Source: Lytechinus pictus (taxonomy: Eukaryota). From it: DNA of 64,000 nt. The notes below the pieces were generated by a model that saw only the letters and a list, made by a program, of their open reading frames with translations, had not been told where the DNA came from and made no database searches. The position numbers and the translations under genes were made by a program. Shown here one piece after another: positions 38,166 to 52,100 of this stretch. The stretch lies in NCBI RefSeq assembly GCF_037042905.1, contig NC_087249.1, positions 10,666,001 through 10,730,000 on the forward strand. Direction: 5' to 3'. The first letter of the stretch is position 1. Every line of letters begins with the position of its first letter.

Positions 38166-38764
38166 GGAGTAAAATAGGTTATGAAATATGAATATTGAAT
38201 GCAGATGTACAAGAATGATGCCCGAAGAAGACCAGTTTCTGGTGATAATAGAATCTCCCATCCCCGTTTTGTGGGGCTATCATTTATCACCTACTCTTAG
38301 TGCAAGACGTCTGGCGGGGATCGGGTTACCCCCGACCTGGCAGGATTGGCACTCATCATGTGAGATTTGTGGGGTGATGATGTCCAAAACGATGCCCAAT
38401 CGGTGTCAAACACTGATTCATTGTACTACTTCACATTACACGCCTGACAGCTCCGTTTCGGTGCGGGAGCACACAGTTTAGGGTGTCTGAGGCTCGGGGA
38501 GTGTGGCACAAGTGTCTTGTCTTCCCATTACGAATGACAAATGCAGACTCTCCAGTAGTAGATTATTTTTCCTCCAACCTGTTTTGCAGCTGCTCTTCCT
38601 CACTGGTTTCAAAGACTTTACCATTTGAAAAAAATCAGTTAAAATATGTTTATATTACCTAGATTCCTAAGTATGTACCATTTTCTTCTCTGGTATTTCT
38701 TCATTTGTATTCTTTATAAATATCCTTTAAGTTTTAATTTTATTTATTCTACATCAATTCCTTT

Positions 38765-38849
38765 TTTCTCCATTCCTTATTTACCTCTTTCTCCATCCCT
38801 TATTTACCTCTTTCTCCATTCCTTATTTACCTCTTTCTCCATCCCTTAT
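38765..38849. repeat. 23-bp tandem repeat (~3.7 copies)
   Basis: TTTCTCCATYCCTTATTTACCTC with alternating T/C variants. Confidence 0.9.
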
Positions 38850-39142
38850 CTCTCCTTTTCATTTCAGTATCTTCTGTACTCCTTTCTTACATGTACCTTT
38901 GTCTCTATCTCTCTTTCAATGATTCTTCTTCATTTTAAAATACATTTGCATTCATTCCCACAAAAATGGCTACTACAATGGACAAGATTTAGGAAATGAA
39001 ACAGCACAGTAATACCATCAAACATCGAAAATAATGCACAAAGTCTCTGGGAGAACTTATTTATATAATTGAAAGTAACTGAGGTGCAAATTGTATGCTA
39101 AGTGAGCCTCAAAACAAATTTTATGATTTCTGTGAGTTCTTA

Positions 39143-39360
39143 GGGGTGTTGCAAGAAAAATTGATATCATTTGCAAATTTCAGATGCAAATGTACATGTG
39201 ATGAGATGAATTTAAACTGTAGCAAATCATATTACACTCCTTGTTTCAAGAAGCAGATTAACGATCAATCACACATTCGCAAGAAGACTTTGACTACTTA
39301 TGATTGATTTAGGGACTGAAAATAGACTTGCAATCGATCGCAAGTCTCCTGCAACACGTC
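39143..39360. mobile_element. Decayed Harbinger-like MITE
   Basis: GGGGTGTTGCAAGAAA / TCTCCTGCAACACGTC ends. Confidence 0.5.
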
Positions 39361-39947
39361 ATTAAACTTCACCAACAAATCAGTAGAACGCGCCTGTGAT
39401 CCCAAGATCAAAATGACAAGACCACTGTACTACAGTCATGCTACCACACCTCCCCTAATGACAAATGAAAGTTCAAGTATATCAATACACTGGCACGGAA
39501 GCCTGAACACAATCGGCAAGTCAAGGGCGACAGTTGGGTAGCGTGTAATGACCAAGTAGGCATGTTTGCTCTCATCTCCTTCAACTCCAAAGGCTACTTG
39601 GAAGAATCCAGAGTGCACTAATTGATTCATAATACACCAGGCATGTGACCTGCTGCTATTACTACTGGTAGCACTACCGACGGTCAGTGCTCGGTAGTGC
39701 TACCGGAAGATGAAATAAGCTGAAATTAATATAACACTGTCATACACGGAAGGACGCTATTGCAGATCAAAGATGTTCCGTTGAGGACCAGAAGGGCACC
39801 ATTGCCATTGACCTTGTACAGCAATAGTGCCCATCTGATTCTCAAAAGAACATATTCAAGCTGCAATAATGCCCTTCTGGCTCTCAACCCAGCATATAAA
39901 GCAAAGGCACCAGGAAACTCTTCTGAATAAAAGGAAATCATGATCAG

Positions 39948-40086
39948 GGGCCCTGTGTCAGAAAACTTGCTATAATACCAAAAATTGCAATAACAGTTTA
40001 AAGCTACTGAAATCCTTCAATTTGATTGGCTGATAGTCATAAAAATTGTTATTTTTTTATTCTTACATGTCTTTATGAATGGGACC
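39948..40086. mobile_element. PIF/Harbinger-like MITE
   Basis: CAG-GGGCCC ... GGGACC-CAG (3-bp TSD); same family as 15720-15864. Confidence 0.65.
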
Positions 40087-42582
40087 CAGAACCCTGAAAA
40101 ATAATCACATTTCTACACTTTTAGAATTTTATAAAGCTTTGTCAATTTTTGAGAAATTTGTCCCAATGTCCAATCAATCTATTTTTAAAAGCAATTTCGC
40201 TCAAGGATAATACTTTGGATGTCAAGGCTAGGAAGAGAGAGAGAGAAAAACAGATACAGAGAGAGAGAGAGAGAGACAGAGAGAGATAGAGATATACTGT
40301 AGATAAAGAGAACGAAAGAGAGACAATGATATCGAAATGTCAAAAAACCTATAGTAGAAGAAGAATGAAGAGAAAGAATGAGACGGGATTATCAATAACA
40401 ATTTCTTTTGAAAGTAGGTGATCATTTTTTGATTGAGTATGGTACTGTCATTACACTAATTGATTTTCAGATTCATTTTGCCCAGGCTCTATTTGGCAAT
40501 CCAAGATGAACACCACTAGAAACAGGTACATGTATGATTACTAACAGGTTGTATTTGCACTGCAAACCACACTCTACCAGTTTCTGTGATAACAATCATA
40601 TGCTGAAAAAAGTACTTTGTTGAAATACCAGTTCACTGTGACATATGGCTTAAGCCAACATTTTTGTTGTTGTAATGATTGTGCATGGTAGTAGTTATGC
40701 ATGCATGCTTTATATTTGTTTAATGTGAGAATTAGGATTTTGGTAGGGATAAAATAATTAATTGAATACATTTACATATAGCAGCTTTACACTGATGTGG
40801 ATAGGAAAGAGCATTATTTTGCGAGACATTTGAAATGATTTTATCATAATGGGGACGGGGAGAGGTGGAAGTTGATTGGGATGTACACTGAGCAGTTTTA
40901 CTGAAAGGGAGGGGAGAAAAAAAGGGTAAAATTTTAAATTCTTTTGTCTTTCATTCTCATCTTCACTAATTTTATGAGTGGAATTTCATGAAAACCTTCT
41001 ACTCATCCATTAGTACCTGTAAATGGATTGAGAGGGCAGCTTTAGATAAATCAAATACTTAAATAGAATCTTGAAAAAACTTTGCTAATACAGATCTGGG
41101 ATTGAATGAAAACAAATTTCATAATGATTTCTGGTAGCGAATATTGAAAACTACACTCATATTCATATTATTCTCATCCAGAGCACTTTAAGTACTGCAC
41201 TTGAACATACATGTCATGGAAAAGAGATTAATGTAGCCATGGCGGTCTAAGCTTTAAAGGGGGGAAGGTCAAATAAAACTTGCTATCAAACTGAAACATG
41301 ATTCCCCCAAAAGCCAAATGAATCTCAGCTAAATTTTCAATTTCCAAATCCAGCCAATAACAAACTTGCATTAAGGACTTTGCCAAAGTTTTCGGAAAGA
41401 CCATGCATGTGCTTACTATTTCATCTCCCTCCCACATCCTACTGTATCTCTACATTAGTTACTTTGTATTCATTTTGAAGCTGATATATTTCCAACCCAT
41501 CTCCCCTACCGTACTATAAAACCATCACTGCTAGTAGAATTTTCAATCCTTTCCAGGAAACTTTTGACTGGAGACTTTCTTATCCAAGACTTTAAAAAAA
41601 ATCTTGACCACGAGATCTACAAACAAGTCATTAACAACCCTCTAAACAGCAACATCAACCGAAACTTGCCAAATGTAAGGGGGCAACAAGCAAACTACTA
41701 GAAAAATCATGACAGCTCAAAAGCCTCAAATACTGAGATAGGATGAGTGAAAAATCTTAGAGTGTGCGAAGACGGGAGAAGAGAGAGCGCATAGAGAACC
41801 GCACTCATTTAACGTGGAGAGGTACGTTTCATCTCTCTCACATCTCAACAGCTAATTCAACATGGTAACATGGACAGAGATGGGACGAGAGCATGGTGTG
41901 GTGTGGTGTGGTGGTAGTCTTCTCTTGAAAAGCTTTTTGTCCTGTTTACTGGAACCAGTTTGGCCACTTGACTGGCAAATTGTAGATGGTGTTTGCATCG
42001 CACTCTAACACACATTCTTTTTTTTCAGTAAACTGAAGTATTCCTGAGAAGGGTACGGCAAGATAAGAGCCATCTTCACACAAGCATGGCGTTCAAATTG
42101 ATTTCTTATCCATTTGATGCGTTGATGTAGTTTCGGTTGTACAAGGGATCATCCAATACTTTGCGAGGATACTTTGTTGCTTAAGCATTCTATTTTTCTT
42201 CTTTATTGTCAAGCAACAGGAATCCTTCTTTTTAATATACATTATATTTTTCAACCATCTATCCAATCAATTATATCCAGCTTATGTGACGATCAAACCA
42301 ATATTTGATCAATCAATCAACTCATTAATTCTTTATCCTCTCACACATTCCAGCATATACCTTGACACAGGTTTTCATGTGAGATATAGTAAACTCGTAT
42401 CAGGAAAGTAAGAAATGAAAACAAACCAAAGTGGTAAAGTTACGCTATTTTCTAACTATGACTAAACATACAGTATATTTTGTGTTCCAAGAACAAAAAT
42501 ATTTTATAAAACTGATCTAAATTGCAACACAGATTAAATAGGACAGATTGAATAGGACTGAAAGTCATTTTCAACTGATAAA

Positions 42583-42950
42583 GAGTCATTTTCATGTGGC
42601 TAAAAACTGTTTTGTGAAGGGTTGCAAGGATGCGAATGTCAATAATGGTAAAGCTCAACATTTATATTTAATGCTACAAAAGTGCGCGAAACATGTGCTT
42701 AAATATTCAGAAACTTCGCTAACTTTTTGCGGGGGTAGCTGGAATCGCTTTTCGTTCACGAGTAATTAAAAAATTTATTTAAACTTCAAGAAAAGCAGGG
42801 TCATCCTCGTGAACAATTGATGCTTTTCAACATTTAAGCCCACATTTTGTGCATTTTTTGTGGCATTCAATACAAATGTTGGATTTCCCATTTTTTCGCC
42901 TACAGTACTTGCAAAACCTTCGCAAACCGTCACATGAAAACGGCACTCAA
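42583..42950. mobile_element. Decayed palindromic MITE
   Basis: GAGTCATTTTCATGTG / CACATGAAAACGGCACTC ends with long degenerate inverted arms; the right junction is tandemly duplicated (TTAAATTCGAGAGTAGTGTGAGCT at ~42963 and ~43034). Confidence 0.55.
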
Positions 42951-44268
42951 AATGTATCTGTATTAAATTCGAGAGTAGTGTGAGCTACTTGCAAAACTTT
43001 CATCGACCATCTAAAGCCCTGTGAAAACGGTGCTTAAATTCGAGAGTAGTGTGAGCTCTGCTTCAAACGTTTCTCAACATCCTCGTCATCGAGCAGTCTT
43101 GATGTCAACCACCATCTTCACCCTCCACTGCCACTTCCTCTAGACCCCCTTCTGCGGTGCATCTCGCCCCCATCACAACCCCCTCATCTCCACCACAGCC
43201 CTACCACTCCAGCCCTCATCCCCTGATAAATGACGACTTTCTGTGGTTTTTCCCCTCCTCACTCCAGATGCAGCCGAGTAGCCGGCGACGCATCTCTGCG
43301 GTAACGAGGATGCCGCGGAAAGAGCGGGCGCGGGCTTCTCCCGAGATCCCGTGGAGGACCGACTAAAAGGGATACAGGCTCGTCAAGTGGCTTCTACTTT
43401 GGGTCAATACACCCTTGATGACATACAGAAGCTGCTTTTAGGATAGATGGTCAATAGGAAAGCAAAGTAAAGCCGGCACAGCGAATGAAGTTTTTTTTTA
43501 AAGGAAAAAGCTAACCAGGAACATATTGCCGTCTCTTGAAAGAAAAGTCTCTTCTTCTTTTTATCTATAGAATCTTTGATAAGTAAAAAGGAAGAAAACT
43601 TTGATTCAGATTTACACTCATTTACAAGAAAATATTCAATAGATTACCAGGAATCAAGTACTGTTCTCTTTTATAGACTGCATGGATAAATTCATGAAAA
43701 CAGTTTTATTGGCTTAATGAACCTACAGAAAGCAGAGCTTATATAAAAAGGGAATATCAAATGGAAGTTAAAAAAAAATATATACCACCGAAGATATGTA
43801 TACAATTCATACTTTTTTGAGATGATGGGAGATGGAAATTTGTGGGTTCAATCTTTTTTTTACACTATCTAGAAGCAGCATCTACACATCATTTTCTGTG
43901 TTTGCCCCAAAATATTGGAATACATTACCTCATAAACTTAGACTGTGTCTTTCTATTAATGTGTTCAAGAAGATGCTCAAATCTCATTTGTTTTGATATA
44001 TTGCAAGTTATGTTTCATTTTATGTACTTTTATTTTAAGTTTTTACCGATTGCATTTGTTTTTGTAGTTTGTATAGCGCTTGGTAACTTTTGAAAAAGTG
44101 CTTAATAATAAGAAGTAATTATTAATATTAATTATTGAATTTTCTGTTATATGGGACAGTATAATAAGACTATCAAGAATTTTAAGTTTTATTTCAATCT
44201 CTATAAAATACAACCAACATTGATCTAGAGTAGATGTGGAAAGACTGAACCCAAACCAATACCAATGG

Positions 44269-44544
44269 GGGCGACATGGTCTAGTGGTTACGAATCTCGT
44301 CTTTCAATGAGAGGGGCCTGAGTTTGAAACTCAGCCACAGCGTGTTTTCCTTCAGCAAGAAATTCATCCACATTGTGCTGCACTCAACCCAGGTGAGGTG
44401 AATGGGTACCCGGCAGGATTAATTCCTTGAATGCACCAAGCGCCTTTAGCAGCTGGAGCTACAGCCGGGATAATATATAGTGCGCCATTGAATAGGAAAC
44501 TAGATAAACCGGTGCCTCATTAATGCTATATATTATTATTATTA
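44269..44544 (+). mobile_element. tRNA-derived SINE
   Basis: A box TGGTCTAGTGG, B-box-like GAGTTTGAAAC, central GCTGCACTCAACCCAGGTGAGGTGAATGGGTACC core resembling deuterostome SINE cores, (TAT)n tail. Confidence 0.85.
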
Positions 44545-45054
44545 ATACATAAACATGATATTTTGTTTTCTTATCACTTCGGATGACACTTCACATGGCT
44601 CTTTTGAATATTCAAAAGGAATCATCTTAACTAGTTACTACCTCTAATTTTTTCCAATTAATATAACAGAAATACCCCTTTTCATCCCGTTTTGTCATTT
44701 TATCTTACTATACAATTAACAAGGTAAAATATGATAAATGGCATACTAGTTCATACATTTCAAATATTAGCGAATTCTCTAAAGATGACAGATTGATACT
44801 TCCGAAAGTTGAATCACATGTTAAACGCACTTACATGTAGACGTCATTGTATTGAATACCTGCTTGGTATTTTTCGGACGTGTAGTGTAAGGGGATTCTC
44901 ACCTGTGTGTTATTGCATTACCTGTAATCCTATAGACAAAGAATGCTTGCAGGTGTTTGCTTATTTGTGGTGCTAACTCTGTTACACTTAAGTGGTTTAT
45001 AGTGCATTGGCCTCATATCATAGGATTTTAGTATTGGCTATGGTTAGAAATTAA

Positions 45055-46157
45055 CCTTCAAACAGCGGGGGGGGGGGGGGGGGGGGGGGTTTGAATCATC
45101 TCCTATAAACATATTTTTTAATGCATCGCTTGCTGATTCGCGCAACTTTTTCAGACCAAATTTACGACGTCCGGGTACTTGGCTACAAAGTTACAGAAAA
45201 TTCTGTATGTGCATGTCTCACCCAAAATTACTCCAAAAGGTGATTTATTGTACAAAGTCAATGCAAATGGAGTGTTCTAACCTTCTTCATGAAGATATGA
45301 TTTTTTTGTACTTTCATCAATCAGAACTTATTTTAGCATAATTATGATTCAAAAAGTTAGAACTGCAATAAACCAGGGTAAAAAATAAAGACATGAGAAA
45401 TTCATAAAACAAAAAAAGAAATTTTAAAGGAGAATGAAACCCTTGAAACCAGCTGAATCCATATCAAAGAGAAAAATCGAAGAAACATATTGTTGAAAGT
45501 TTGAGGAAGATTGAATGAATAATAAGAAAGTTATGAGCATTTGAATATTGAGATCACTAATGCCATGTAGATCCTCCCATTGGCAATGCGACCAAGATCT
45601 GTGATGTCACACACGTACAACTCCCTCATTACTTTAGTAATTATTTCACTTATATTCTCACTTTTATAGAGTCTATCACAAGGTGAGGTGTTCTTTATAT
45701 GAGAGGACAAGTACAGAGGTTTCACAACATTATATCATTGATGAATCATTTGTCATATGATTAGAATGAGCAAAAAGAGATGTTTTGGGGTATATTTTCA
45801 GTGTCCAAAAGGGGAGAGTTGTTCATCTGTGACATCATAGATCTTGGTCGCATTGCCAATAGGAGGATCTCCATAGCATTAGTGATCTCGACATTCAAAT
45901 GCTCATAACTCTTATATTGCTAGTCCTATTTTACTCAAACTTTTGTTGATCTTATTCTTTGATTTTTCTGCTTTCACAAAAGCTAACTTGCTCCAAGAGT
46001 TTCGTTCTCCTTTAATTTATTTTCAAACAGAAAATCAGCTTTATCAAGCAAATTAGAGAAAAAAAAGTATATTTCATGCATTAATTTAGCATATTCATTT
46101 CACATAAAATAAATTTTGGGGCACTGAAAGGGGGAGGGGGCGTTGATTAAACCAGAG
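45055..46157. mobile_element. Decayed piggyBac-like non-autonomous element hosting a nested MITE
   Basis: TTAA-CCTT ... AGAG-TTAC degenerate ends (consensus CCCT/AGGG with TTAA). Confidence 0.4.
45428..46011. mobile_element. Kolobok/T2-type MITE
   Basis: TTAA-AGGAGAATGAAAC ... GTTTCGTTCTCCT-TTAA; long internal inverted arms (45530-45610 versus 45827-45910). Confidence 0.88.
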
Positions 46158-49100
46158 TTACCTGTACATACAATAATTATCCTAAACATGAATAACAGCC
46201 AGAAGCCATCACATATTTTCTATACTTTGGTTAATACTGGAGTAAGAGCTGAACACTTATTTTATTTTATGAACATTATTGCTAAAATATATGACCAGGA
46301 AAAAAAATAAACCATAACTCCCTCTCTCTCCATTCGCATTGTACAAACAGAAACAGAGCATGGAAAAATGGGAAAAGATTGGATGCATTTAGGCTGAATA
46401 AATGTCTTGTCGTGTCACAAGCAGTAACAGGATTACCAGCAGTGACGCGCCCACCCGGTACGCAAGGGGTTTGTACAATAGGATTACCACCATCACTCTC
46501 AAGACTTCATCCATGAACAATGCCCCTCATCTCTTAGCAAGGTGGAGAAAGGAAAATTGATGATGGGAAGGAAGAGGAGTGATTAGAGGCAATGGCAAGG
46601 CTGGCAAGATTTCTGGATGATAAGTTTTGCGCTGCTAGGAGACGGCATTGGAAGTACGGTACAGCTAGAATGGCGTAAAGCTTATCCTTAAATATTCCAG
46701 GAACAACTCTTCGTTAATAGAAAAATGCCACTATAATCTAAGATTATTTGTTTGAAATATACATTAGGCAAGCCACTACATTTCCATTATTTCACATTTC
46801 ATTTCTACAATAAAAAAATATAAAATAGATGACGATGGACATGACAGACAAGAGAAACTAATGAATGAGAGAGATGTGATCAGGTGACTGGCTCCAGCAA
46901 AAGGTGCAATCAAATGCAACTTCATTAAAACACAACTTCATTTTAAACAAATGAGAAGCATTATTTGTGACTTGCATGTGATGTTATTTTTGTCTTTGAA
47001 AATTTATCTCTGCAGTGGGCCTCATGAAAAGAGTAACAGCGGATTGTGTGCTGACAATGTTGAATGAAAATCAAACGTGAGAAAATATAGTATCATATTG
47101 AATTTATACTATTGTAAAGAATCATTGTGGTTTCTATTATTCCCCAAAGAGGAGAGGGAAGGGGATTATGATTTACAAGCTATCAGCGATACGTGATAAA
47201 TCCTCTCAAAGAGGTTTGAAGGAGCAAAGCAAAGATACAGTACAAAAGCACCATGACCATTCCATCAACATGCAAAACTACAAAACCAAAAGGATAGTTG
47301 GGACTCGAGAGTAATTCCAACAAATCCCCTACAGTTCCACTATATGAGAATCAATCAAATCACACACTCCTACACAGAGGATACAACCTATAAAAAAAAG
47401 CCAAAACAAAAGCAAACGAAAAGAGAAAGATTACGACACTGGTGCAAGGCAAGCTTTTCAGCGAAATTTACAAGATAATATCCTGCAAATCCCAGGAACA
47501 ATGGAAGGCAAGCAAATCACAAAGTCATGCAGCAGAAATAACGTCGGGAGATGAGGAAGGGAAAGACGAAAACCAGCACAGTTTTGATTCCGATCATTCC
47601 AATTCAAATGGTCAATCCGCTGCACAATAGAGTTGTATCAATGCAAATTTTTGACAGTGATTTGGCCCGATTGGATTGCTCATCTTGCGTTCTTGGACTA
47701 CCCGTAATTCTCTAGCTCTCATATTTACTGCTATTATTCCCCCATTTCAAATCGCCTGGCTCTGTGAATCTGATTTCACGCAACAAACGAATGCATGGTC
47801 TTCGGCACAAAAGTGCAGCACCCTACGGTCGTGTGTCTTTTGACAAGGGCATCTAATGTATCAATCTACAGTTGCATTATGTAGATGTTATTATGCTCCT
47901 AATCTATTACATACTCCAGGATTCTTGCCCCTCATAGTGATTCCAGTAATGGTGTAATCTATTAATGAAGAACTACTAAATGATACATGTGACGATCTTT
48001 TGTGATCGCCCTACTTCAATTGAAGGGTGTAGGATAGCTGTCTCTTGTCCCCAATCACAGTAATTGAAATCAGGACACATGGATGTGGTTAACATGTCAA
48101 CAATAGATTGTCAACGATAGGAGTAGTTTTACAAAAGAACTCTCTTTCACTGCACTTTTTAAAAAATCAAAACAAAAGCGTGCCAAATTATAAAGAAATA
48201 GAATTAAATGTAAAAATTGTTGAAATTATGAAATGATTTTTTTTAAACAATATCAAAATGGGATGTCTTCAAAATAAAAGATAGAAATTCATGAATGAAT
48301 TCTGCTTAAGAATTATAAACTGATCAGTGTTTAAATAGGAGTTAATCCTGATATTAAACTGATTTTTATGAAAAGCAGAAAATGAGAGATACATATTAAT
48401 GACAGTTTACAAATATAGTTGCACTTTTAAAAAAATATAAGAGCTGCCCCCCCCCCCCCAATAAGCAATATACTGTCTATAACCTACCAATAATCTGAAA
48501 CTTGAATTGTTCTACCTGCAGATCAATATATTTTACATCAGACAAATTAATGTAATTAAAAAATTTTCAACTAGAATGATGAAAAATTGTAATTTGAGGA
48601 ATTCATACAGTATATCAGAGAAGGTTGCTTGAAACATAAAAACTCCATTTCTTGAGAATGAGATTCACAGCTCTTTTCAATTCTTTGATAGATTTTGGTC
48701 AAAGCTTCACTGATCACTGCTTCATTATTTCATGTTTTTAGCAAACAGGACATAAACGTGTATATCGCCTTTACAAATGTCGATGTAAGCATTTAAAGGG
48801 AAATGACATTGCTGACATCCGTCCTTCAATATCTGTAGCAAAGCAAACCATGTTACTCATCTCTGAAAGTGACTTAGCAATGCTCCCCGAGATACCGCGT
48901 AAATGACTTAACATGAAGTCCCTATTCAAATGAAATTCCAATCTTATATACATAGGTTCTGCCTGACCTATTCTCTTATGGATAGATACGATGAATCACA
49001 CACAGGGTAAAACGAGAGGGCAAAGAAACGAGATAAGAAAAGACACAGGGAGGAGTGGGGGAGAAGAAGCCACTCAAAAACAAATATCTGCTTTTGAAAT

Positions 49101-52100
49101 CTGCTTTTCATCCAAACCTCCCCCAACAAGCATGTGTACTTGCAAGGAGAGAAATCAATTTTTGGAAGGCTATTCACGCTCCACTTGAGCCGGCGCTTGC
49201 CTGTCGTTTGCAAGCAGCCGCTTCTCGGCTTCTGCTGGACCGGCTCCCAGGGGGGACCTTATAACGGTCCCACCGGCCTCCTTCAGATGTAATCCGAACG
49301 ACCAAAGCTAACAACGCTCTTCCCACCGACAAGCTCATCTTCCCATTTACACGCCAGAGACAGAGTCAGAAAGGAAGAGAACAGAGAAAGAGAGATGAAG
49401 GACAGGAAAGAGGCAGCACAGGTTGTATTGGACTATTATACTCTACATGAACTGGTGAACGGTATCTGCAATAAAACATCCCTCTATCGTATTAAAGAGT
49501 GAATATCATCATCATCATACACACATTTATACCCTCATTCCCCTCCCCTTACATTCTCTATCTATTCCAGTTTTACGAGAGGATTGGGGCAATGCCGTCA
49601 TGATTGGCAGAGCAGAATTCCTTGTTAATGCCTTGATACATGAGACCAGTCGGTGCTGCCACTTCACATTCTACAAGCACCCTCGGATCGCATCCCTCGC
49701 CCTGCCATCCCCATCAAACTCTGACCATCTCCCTCGCACCCCAGCCTGTCAGTGGTGCAACCTCCACGATCATCCAACAACCTGATAAGATGCTTTACCA
49801 GTGATGTTTTGCCAAGATTTATGAGATAGCAAATCTGCCTCTTCAGTTTCCTCTCCTCATCAGGGCGTGAAAGAGGAGTTCTTTTTTTCCTTCTCTCTTT
49901 TTAGGACTGACTTACGCTTGCTATGGCAAGGTCACAAGCACCCATCCTCCATCTGCACTCCTCTGGCAGACAAAAGAAGCAGAGATATTCACATCTCATA
50001 CTGATAAGACAATGGACCCACTTATATACAAACATCTTGTGATGGAAAACAGGATTAGTTTTCTAGCAATGAATATGATGAGTGACAGACATTAAAAAAC
50101 AAATCAAAGTTTCGTTTTTGAGTAGGTAAAAACAAATGCCAGATGTGGCATTTAAAAAAAGAGTCCACTATCAGATCTAGGTTTTTATTGAACATGATAA
50201 ATGACAAATTCCATCCAGTTGGATTCAGGTTTGGTGTCTAATTTGCATTTACAATGTAGTTCACACAGGCTATAACTAATGATGCATTGGATTTAAAGAA
50301 CATCTTAAATTCATTTAAAGTAAATGTTTAACATCATTCTCAATGATAAACCACCAGTAGAATTTTTTTAACCAAACATCAAATTCATATTGTATCTTGA
50401 AAGCTAATTCAGTTACTCTTCATTCAAGCAAATTACTCCCATTCTTATTTAGATATTCAAAACAAATACTGGGTGTAGTATGATCCACATGAAGACATAG
50501 AATATGGACTACTGTAAAAAAAAGGGTTAAGCTTCAATAAGGAAAAAAGCTTAATCCTGTAGCCAATAGTTTAATATCTTCTGCAGATAAACTGCCTTTT
50601 GTGGAGGGGCGGCCATTAGCTGTACCTACAATTATCAAGCCAAATGTAATAAGAAATAAAATACAATGGTTATTAGAACTCTGCTTTACATAATACATGT
50701 ATAAAGAGTAAACAATATGAAAAGGCCTTGGAAGGAATTATGTAATAGCTCGTATTCTTTAATAGCTTTTAAATGATTCATGAATTTCAATTAACCATTC
50801 GGTTTAATCTCACATTTGTCAACATTGTTTACTTTAAGGATTTATCCATTATCGTAATGGAGACAAATTATTGAAAAAAGGAATGTTCTTCTTGATGTGC
50901 TGCCACCAATAATCATTTAGATAGCAAGTCAAACTACAAATAGAATTAACTGAACTAATTAATAGCAATTTGCATAGGCTGTGTGAAAGAGAAGACAAAT
51001 TTTTAACCTTTTATAAATTGGCATAAGACAAAGAACAAACAATATACATGGTAAGATCGTCTAACCATATGACTAACCAATCACAGTCCATGCGGTCCAG
51101 AGCAGTCTAATATCATTGCTAAATATAACTTTCAGAAGCAAACATATATGGAAAATTTAATAAAGAAAACATCACTTCAAGAGAGGACTGAATGAATTAA
51201 TAAAACTTCATCTTTTTCATTCAACAAATAATGAAAGTCAATAATTACTTATGGTTTATTGTAATTATGTTAAAAGTTCTTTAAAAAAAATTCAAATAAT
51301 TCCAAATCATTCCAATTAGAAATCTCAGTCACTCATTATCAAAATGCTTTAAAGGTTCAAAATATCTCTATCATAACTAAGAGGAAGTTTAATACATGTT
51401 TGATAGACTGTATTCCATGAATTGATTCAGAGAAAAAGGGACAGGTCTTCGAAATCTTGCTGAAAGTGAATAGCTACTGGTCTCTGTACAATAGACACTT
51501 AAATACAATATCATCAAAGTCCCATTTTCATCTTGCTCTGCTCGAAAAGGATCTCTGGACGACGGTTGATGTACAAAGACGGTAGAGAAACTACACATAT
51601 CATCTTGTCATCTACTCGCATTCTGTGTTTTCCAGGAATGACTAAGCAGTGCTCGCTAATGGGATAATGTGTGTACATTTCAATAATTCACCCTTCCTCT
51701 GGACCCCACTCTAAATGCATCCATTTTCCGCCCAGGGATGGAGGGGTTGCTAGGCAACGTGGAAGCTTACTCAGCTCCTTATCAAACAAGATTGTGTTTT
51801 TTCCCCCCTTTTTTTTATTTTGTTTTATGCTATGCTTTGCTCCATGAGAAAATGTCAGAGGACTTTGAACAGCAGCTAGCGCCAGTGGTTTACACTTTTA
51901 CAGCCACTTGGTCTACTATCATTTGGTCTAATAGTCAGATCACATACATAGTTACATACATGTATCATCCTTGTTGCTAAACCATTTACCCATGTTATGA
52001 ACTCTAGTTTAACTCTCTTGATCTACTGTCATTTGGACCAATACCCAGATAATATACATGTATCCTGGTTACTTAACCATTAGCCCATACGCTCAACTCC

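Noticed and set aside
40471..40525. Plus-strand exon candidate (TTTTCAG ... CAG|GTACAT)
   Set aside because: Isolated, two frames closed, no partner exons; opposite to the inferred gene.
44269..44340. tRNA gene
   Set aside because: Has A/B boxes but no full cloverleaf, and continues into a SINE body and tail.
49825..49875. Minus-strand hammerhead core CTGATGA...GAAAC
   Set aside because: Stem II cannot close and the required UH cleavage site is absent.
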